Positions 55,963-64,000 of a stretch of DNA of 64,000 nt are shown piece after piece. The stretch spans positions 113,028,001-113,092,000 of the forward strand of contig NC_058373.1 of NCBI RefSeq assembly GCF_018350175.1, in the 5' to 3' direction. The notes under the pieces are model-generated. The model was given only the letters and a program-made list of their open reading frames with translations, was not told where the DNA came from and did not search any database. This DNA comes from Felis catus. Its lineage: Eukaryota. The position numbers and the translations under genes were made by a program. Position 1 is the first letter of the stretch; the number at the start of each line of letters is the position of its first letter.

Positions 55963-56188
55963 TTTTTTTTTAATTTTTTTTTTTTTAATGTTTATTTATT
56001 TTGGGGACAGAGAGAGACAGAGCATGAACGGGGGAGGGGCAGAGAGAGAGGGAGACACAGAATCGGAAACAGGCTCCAGGCTCTGAGCCATCAGCCCAGA
56101 GCCCGATGCGGGGCTTGAACTCACGGACCGCGAGATCGTGACCTGGCTGAAGTCGGACGCTTAACCGACTGAGCCACCCAGGCGCCCC
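55963..56188 (-). mobile_element. Young SINEC_Fc-type CanSINE
   Basis: TSD taaaatcttt. Confidence 0.93.
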
Positions 56189-58082
56189 TAAAATCTTTCT
56201 TTTCTAATAGGCAGTTATAAATCCCTTTAAGCAGTTCCTTAATGGCATCCTACAAATTTTGAGGTAATTTTTCCATTATCATCTTGTCAGAAATACTAAT
56301 TCCCTTTGTCCTTTTCTTTAATACATGGGTTATTTAGAAGAATGTAATTTTCACCAATTTGGAGATTTAAAAAAATACTTTATTGATTTGTAATTCCATT
56401 ATGGTCCAAGAACAGTGTAGCCTTTCAAAAATGTTTGAGCCTTATTTTTATGACCCAACATCAGTTCTGTGTGCATGTTCCATAAATGTAATGGTTAGAA
56501 TGTATAGAGGGTGGTGTATCTGATTGCCTTTTTATTCCATTTATGTTTTATCTCCTTTGGTATTTCTAGTAGTGCTTTTTATCACTCATACGATAGAAGT
56601 ATTGAGCAAAAACAAGTCCACATGGACCAGTCAGGAAAGTGATGGTGTTCCTCTCTGGATCCAGAATGTAAATAATCAGTTAATCTGATTGTACTCTGAA
56701 TTCCTGCTAGAATGGGGGTCTGAGAGGGCTAAACTCCTATGCCAGTTTTTTCAGTCCAAAACTTTTTGAGCAAAAACATGTTTCATCTTAGTTATAAATT
56801 GTTATTTGAAAAATAAGAGGAAATTAAAAGTACCAAATGGTAGATGCCATTTTGGCAAAGGACAAAATAATGTCTTAAATTTGATAAAGAAAAAACAGAT
56901 GGATTGTTCATGTGAATCTTTGTAAGATGTAGGGTTTTACATTTCAGCTCTAGCACCACAAAATTTAGATTCTGTTTTGAGTTCTGGAATGTTTTCAATA
57001 ATACTGAGATTTGAGTAGAATAAATTTTAGCAAGAATGTTACAGTGTATTTAGTTATCATGGTGTAGTAGAATCCCCTAGGAAACAAAGGATTCTGTGTA
57101 CCACAGCCAGATGCACAACATTCCAGAATGAAAATTAGAGAGCCACACAAGAAACTGCTGCAGGACAAGCCAGAGCTGTCATATTTTTAATAGGTTTTCC
57201 TACTGTTACAGAAGTTCAACCAGTTGAATGATAGAAGTTGTTTTGCATTGAGTGTCCAATATAGTATTGGTGTGTCTTTTATATCTGAGACATTTGGACT
57301 TGAGTTTAATTAGTTCTCTTCATTGACAAGGGGTGATCTGGGTGCTGTTTTACTTTCTTGAACACATGTGCCTGGTAATCCAGAGGATTCTGAAGAAGTT
57401 TTGCACCTAGCTTTATCTCTAAGGCTCATCTATATGAAACAGCTGTTTCCTTTACCCAGTATTTTAAAGTAGCCTACTCTGTATCATTTCTGAAACTCTT
57501 CTTAGGATACTTCTTTTGCATCTTTAAAGACCTCCTTTGTGTACTGAAAATAGAGAAGCAGTTTAAAGGCAAGTAAACATTTATTAGATTATTAAATCTT
57601 GGGTTGACCAATGTTTTCATAGAAAGATACCCACTCTGTTGATCCTTTTCTTTTCCCTTGATGTTTATTTACCCTGCCGAACAGATATAAAGGGCAGTGG
57701 CTCTTTATAAAGCCAAGAGTAGATGGCATTTTGGGTCCTACCACCCTTGCTTCAACTGGAAGGGTTCACTCTGTATTACAAAAGATGTTATTTTTTAGGG
57801 AAAGTTTATAATGCCCTAAAATGCTTGAAAAGGAAGGTCTGTAGGGAATTCAAAGTAACAGTCTTTGCTCTTGAAGCCTCTAGTCTAGTGGGTAAGACAG
57901 AAATATTTGAAAGCCTGAGTAACAGTACAAACAGATTATGTTGCGTTCCAAATAATTCAGTATGAGTCCTAATTGACACCAGAGCAAAGGAAATCACTGA
58001 GGCCAAGACAGGGTTGAGGAGGAGCTCCTGAAGTTGCATATATTGAGACAGCAGGCAATATAAGGTCATTTTTTGTTCTTGA

Positions 58083-58322
<240 letters not shown>

Positions 58323-58817
58323 GGGAAACATCCGTTCTGTGGCGTGATTGGACCTGATCTGGCAGCCTACCACTAGGAAGATAGCCTTGATACTTCAGCA
58401 AGACCCTGAGTACAGGTGGAAGGCCAAATAAGCTATTCTTTGATCTCAAACTAGGGAGAAGAAAATCCCCTTGGGCAATTTGTTCATAGCGGTTATTATT
58501 CTGTATACATGGCTTCAGAGGTTCTTGGCTCCTTTGGGGATTCTAAATGGAAGCTTTCAACAGACCAGTTCCATCTTATCCATGTAAAAAACTTTAATTC
58601 TGTTTTCACCTAACTCTTTTCTGCCTGGCCCTAGTTCCATGAAAAACTTGTGGGACTATACCCAACGGGCCATATCTCGCATAGTTATAAATACTGATGC
58701 TATTTAACAGTTAAAGGACTTTGTGGGAATTGGGGGGATGGGGAGTGTGCTTCTGTGCACTGGGCAAGACAGTATTTGGTTAGAAGGCTGGTTTTGTCAT
58801 CAGAAATCGTTTCCTAG

Positions 58818-58900
58818 GGATTCCTAGCTGGCTCAGTTGGTGGAGCATGAGACTGTTGATCTCTGGAGCACCACACTGGGTGTAGAGATACTTTAAAAAA
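58818..58900 (+). mobile_element. Short degenerate CanSINE in the PALS1 3' UTR
   Basis: ctagctggctcagttggtggagcatg...gtagagatactttaaaaaa, same type as the 32865 element. Confidence 0.7.
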
Positions 58901-61012
58901 TGTGTTTTCCTGAAAAGTAAGAAAAATGGTGCCACTTTGGTCTCAAGCTACTCTGTTAGGCTTGAATTCATTTGTGTGTCTTTTAATTCTTAAAACATTC
59001 CGTTAGAAACATCAGTTTTTTAGCTACTTTGTGGATCAGATTTCACTGCACATTCAACAGATTCTGATCTAGTTAAACTTACACAGCATATGCTGATCTT
59101 TTTAAAACTGTCACAACTGATTCTATAACCTTGCTTTCTTTAATCTGTATAGTACAATAGAATGTATAAGTTACACTTATGAATGGCAGATGGTCATAAA
59201 CTGTTGATCGTTTCTTCCTCATGATGCAAGTAGTTTTTCATATACATGAGAAGACAGCACATTCGACAGTTTTTGCATTTTTATACATGAGCACAGTAGA
59301 ATTTGAGGACTATGCCATATAGGTAATAAACTGGAATTCTGATGAATATAGCTGCTGTACTGTATACTGATATTTAATAGATTGACAAATGGTTATTGAT
59401 AACACTCATTCAGCATTGGAATAAAATTATATCCAAGGGGAAATGCTAGAACAATTGACTTTGAGATCACAAGGAAAGGATGACCTGAAAGTCATTTGAA
59501 CATTGTAGGAAAAGAACTTGGGGGGGGAGGGGGGTTAAGCATATAGAAACAGGTTTTTATCCTATCACGTTCTGCCTCTTATGACCAGAATGCAGCAGCT
59601 TGCTACACCATAAATGTTTAAGCTAATGGGATTTTCATACTATCTCTATAGCTGTAGCTTTAAATTTTAACTTCTGTAATTGGCATGGAAAGTTATTTTG
59701 TAGTCTTTTCAAGCCTTTAGGGATGGTGTGATGTGTGTCAAATGACCTCAAATGTGAATGTCTTGATTTTATTTTTATGATGACTTTAGCTACAGCATTT
59801 CCTGTTCCCAAAGCTAAACACTGGAATAACATGGAGTTGTCACTTAAGTTAACATAAGCAATTGTTTTTAAGGTGTTTTTCTTGGTGTCGTGTATGTATT
59901 TGATTTCTGTGTAATTTTATTTGAACAAATGTAGATAGTTTATGTTGCCGTTCTCTGTTCAAATTTGCATGGCCTTGAAGTTGGCTGCAATGTGTCTTAT
60001 GTGGAAATTCTTCCTAAGGAAAGGTTATCTTGAAAGTAACATTCCTGGGTTAAGGGAAGGAATGCCACACATACTATTTTTCAGGTCTGAAACACTCCAG
60101 CTTCGGGCAGTGAAAACCAAGGAATATTAGCACTTAACTCTTCAGTTCTCCAGTTTACCTTTCATTCCTTAGGCGAAAGTAGTCTATGGTAGACAGTGGA
60201 GTTTTTTGAGCTGCTTTTCATAAGACTGTTTTCAGCCCTAGCATCTAAAATGGTGGCAGTTTAAGTAGCTCTTGTGCCAGTTCCTAAGCCTGCAGGCTTT
60301 AAAAGCAAATCTCCTACCAAGGCACAGGCCATGTCAAAGTATACTTTTTGAGGGTCAGTGAAGTCCTATAGATCTCATTAGCACTGGTAGAGGGATAGAA
60401 ATGTTCACATCCCAAACTTTTTTCAGTCCCAGTAACATGGATGTATTGTGTTGATATTCAACACAGCATCCCCCTACACAAAGTGAAAACTTAGTTGTTT
60501 TTGACTTCCTTAAAAAAGAAAAAACAAAAAACCTTGCTATACACCCAGTTGTCCAACTGCTCTGGCCACAGTTCATTTCCTGTCCCTTGTGGTTCTGATT
60601 GGCGACTCCAGTGTGGGAGAGGTCTTATCCACTTATAGAATCATATCAATAGCTACAAAAATGCATATTAGTTCAAATAAGGAAATCTCTTCCTTTGCTA
60701 AATTTTCATAAGTCACAACAACTGGAAAGGAAAACAGTACTTAACACTAATTCAGATTTGCTTTATATGAAAAATGTCATGTCTGGATTTTTTTTCCTTA
60801 TGGCCTAAGGAATATTGATAAGGAATAATTTGAATGTAATTTTCTGAATGTGTATGGAAAATATAAACCAGGGATTTAGCCTTAATAAAAGGTAACCATT
60901 CTTGACATCTATTGTTAATCCTCCTTTGTACTCTTACCTTGTATCTGCACTCTTATTTTGAGTTGTCCTACTGCACACTGTCTTGTAAAAACAAAAGTAA
61001 AATTATATTTCA

Positions 61013-61018
61013 AATAAA
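61013..61018 (+). terminator. Probable distal polyadenylation signal of PALS1
   Basis: AATAAA followed by gttgtgtttatgt; other AATAAA at 59325, 59420 and 60884. Confidence 0.6.
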
Positions 61019-61719
61019 ACCATTGAGTAAGTTGTGTTTATGTCCACTATTCAAGGTTTCAACTCGTAACCACCCTGTCTTCAACTTTTTGCCATAAAGT
61101 TCACTGGATTCTCTGGGTGAAACGTCAAATACCTTTTCATGTATTCTTAATGGCGGGGGAGTGCCCCCTATTGGTATAGACGTAGGTTCTGTCTCCTGGT
61201 TTAAAAAAATTAAAGATAGCTTAACATTGTGAACTTAATCATATAATAGGCAAATTCCACTTCTATGCAGCCAAGGATTGTAGGACATGGTTAACTCCCA
61301 CCCTAGCCTCAAGTAGACTACCTTCACTTCTCCCTTTTCTACTCTACCTCTCTAGATCTCCCAGAGGAAGCAAATCATACCAACAAAAAGTGTCACACAT
61401 ATACATACCTGCTACCCAGCTGGCTTTCCATTCTTGATCATTCCCTTCCCCTATGGATCACATCACCCCACACAAACTGTTCACAATTTCTAGTTGATCA
61501 GTATGCTAAAACTATAAAGTCATCTGAAGTTGTGTAGGGAGTTTGGCCAAGGCCAATAAAAAATGGAGTTTTAAGAAGCCATGGGAAAAATCTAGGTTTT
61601 TCTCTGGCCTCAGTGCTTTAAGGTGAACACTAATTTTACCTAAATGAAAAACTATTAAGTAAGCTGGCTTTCTATAAGTACACTTCAAGCTAACTTTTGC
61701 CTCCTAGAGAGGCAGTACA

Positions 61720-62232
61720 TACTGCTTAAGAACCAATGCCTCCATGCCAGCTCTGCTATTTGACCTGACAAAGCTTCAGTTTTCTCATCTGCAAAATGGA
61801 GAGAATAGGATTTACACCTTACTCCGGTAGTGGGAGGATTAAATGTAAGCAGGTCAAGGTTACCTATTTTCAAAGCTCAGGAACTCACTCACTGGTTTTC
61901 CAATCATTATCAAAGTTACTTACAGAATAAAAGCTCAGATTCAATGTAACAGGATTTCCTAAAACTCAGCTCCTCCAGCACAAGCCTTGTGTCTTACCTT
62001 TACCCAAAGTTTTAAATCTAGGGGAGGCAAAAAAGGATAGAGGTTAAAGGTATCAAAACACTAAGGGCTGACTGCCTAGATTCACTACTTCTAGCTTTTT
62101 GGCCTAGGACCAATTACTGAAGCTCCTTGTGCCTCAAAGTTTTCTTCTGTGAAAAGTGGCGTTAAAATAAGTATCTCTTTATGGTTGTTGTGACAAGATA
62201 AATAAAACACTTAAAACATTTGGCACACAACT
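61720..62232 (+). mobile_element. MIR remnants in the intergenic gap
   Basis: MIR core ctcagttttctcatctgcaaaatgg and gcctcaaagttttcttctgtgaaaag. Confidence 0.55.
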
Positions 62233-63325
62233 AAGATTATTTTATACCAGGTATTAAATGTTTGCAAGATTACTTGGTACTTTAAAAAGCCTTGGCTGTG
62301 CTATCAATGGACTTAAATACAATACTCATAAGCCTAGTGTTAACAATTTCACTAAAAACTCTCCCACAGCCAGTCACCTCAGACAGTGGGTACAAGAAAG
62401 CCTGAGTAATCATGGATGGCTCACACCAAATCAGCACCAAAAACCTCGGTCTGCTTCTAACAGCCACTCAAATGCCTCATCTTCCTATGTGGAAGACAGC
62501 AAGTTGTTATAGTTTAGAAGATGAAAAGTTACCACCTGAGAGTAAGAAACAAGGTATTTTTTCTTAGATGAGAAAATATTAATGACCCCCCTTAACTCAC
62601 TCATATTTATGAGTACCCCAAAATTCAACAGTCCTCTCAGTAAGTTTACCAGTAAAGCACTTCATATGAAGAGGGGATAAAGGGAGGCTATCCACCTCCT
62701 GCATGTCTGCAGAGAAAACGCTTTAGGTAACAATCCCATGTGCCAATCTGAGCAGAACATGACTGATTTTAGCAGTAAATTTCTTAAATAAAGGAACAAC
62801 TCATTTTTAAATCATTTTACTGTTTACACCATAGTCACATTAAAATTGGCAGAACTCCCATGACAGACAAGACAGAGACCTGTCATGCAAGGAAAAATAG
62901 TGAAGGTTTCGTAAAGCTTGAGAGAAGTACCACGGTAACACAAGGATGGCTGCAGCAATCTCGGGGAGCAGGTAGGAACAAAGGGTGCTACAGTGACAGC
63001 TGGCCTGAGGCCACTGCTGTTTCCTAAGGGGAATTTCCTAATATGCTTGGTAAGCAGAGCACTTGTAACAGATGTAAACAGAATAGGGTACCATTTCTGC
63101 AGAGTAAATTCTACAGGTTCCTGGGCAAGGTCTACAAATCTCACATGATATAAATGGTTGCTGAATTAGGATTTTGCAAAGGCAGCCCCATAACCAACAT
63201 CCTGGGAAATGTTACCACCAGTGAAATTCTTAGGCCAAAAAATAAATAGCGACACGTACCAAACCTACACACCGTGAATTAAAATGGTGCCATGTTAGGG
63301 CTTATGAAAGAACCAGAGCAGGAAA

Positions 63326-63467
63326 CTATTCAAACAAAAGATCCTCATCCTTCTCTTCAGCCAAAAGATTAGCAGGCTCCATCACCTCTCCGGCTGCCCG
63401 CCGCTGTTCCAAGTCCTTCTCTGATTTTTCCTTGAGAATCTTTTTCTTCTCTTGGATTTTCTTTAAC
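63326..63467 (-). CDS. ATP6V1D: ATP6V1D (V-ATPase V1 subunit D) last coding exon, LKKIQEKKKILKEK...EKDEDLLFE*
   Basis: Reverse-strand translation matches the subunit D C-terminus; acceptor ttttacag| at 63468, stop TAG 63328-63326; known neighbour of PALS1. Confidence 0.95.
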
Positions 63468-64000
63468 CTGTAAAACAAGGAGGGGATTTTCTGAACATGG
63501 TTTCAGTTCTAAGTAGATGTGATTTCTTCTAGTTTTGTAACCATAACATCTACAAACTAGAAAACTTTCATTTTTAGTGATTTATAACCCATTTTTAAAG
63601 TATTTGAGGTAGAACATAGACATTTTAAGCTAGTAACAGACTTCAAAAGTTCCTATCCCAGACTGAATAAACTTTGAAATCCGCCCCTTAATAATGGAAC
63701 AGCGTTTGAGCATTCAGACATTTAATAAAATTTTGGATCATTCCATCTGGATCACTACAACCCTGAATGTCACTGAAGGACAGAAACACAATAACCTCTT
63801 ATAATTAAGATTATAAATCATACTCAGATGCTACTCAAGATCCAAGAAGGCCACATCCTTCCTGAATACTTGCCTTCACCTGTCTCCCACTTCTCGGAAG
63901 CTGGCACACTGACCCCTGTGTACTATACCTATTGAGGATCTGCTGTCCCTACAAGGCCTAACTGTTGATAACCAACTCAGGTAGATGCGGCCTTTCTGAG

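Larger units (their letters stand above)
58323..61040 (+). other. PALS1: PALS1 3' UTR (end inferred)
   Basis: Repeat-poor AT-rich sequence after the stop, ending at AATAAA plus a GT-rich element. Confidence 0.7.

Noticed and set aside
62258..63144. ORFs of 84 and 106 aa near the window end
   Set aside because: They fall in or near the ATP6V1D 3' UTR, with no protein similarity I recognise

Overview
Mammalian genomic DNA, almost certainly a felid, judged by dense SINEC_Fc-type CanSINEs and cat-type L1 3' ends. The window holds the complete coding region of PALS1 (MPP5) on the + strand: 13 coding exons from ATG 3095 to TGA 58322. They splice with GT-AG sites into 2028 nt, or 675 aa, with L27N-L27C-PDZ-SH3-HOOK-GK architecture, followed by a ~2.7 kb 3' UTR. 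The last coding exon of the convergent ATP6V1D gene lies on the - strand (63326-63467). The introns carry about 45 CanSINEs, several L1 fragments and older L2/MIR/DNA-transposon remnants. I see no new multi-gene system. The notable items are a U6 snRNA-L1 chimeric retrocopy, a tail-less internal L1 ORF2 fragment with a perfect TSD, a young SINE with a 42-bp TSD, strong-context uORFs before the PALS1 start, an apparent Gly251Arg change next to the PDZ domain, inverted SINE pairs and a sense-orientation bias of the SINEs. Repeat boundaries are approximate, and family names and human-protein comparisons are from memory, not from a search.
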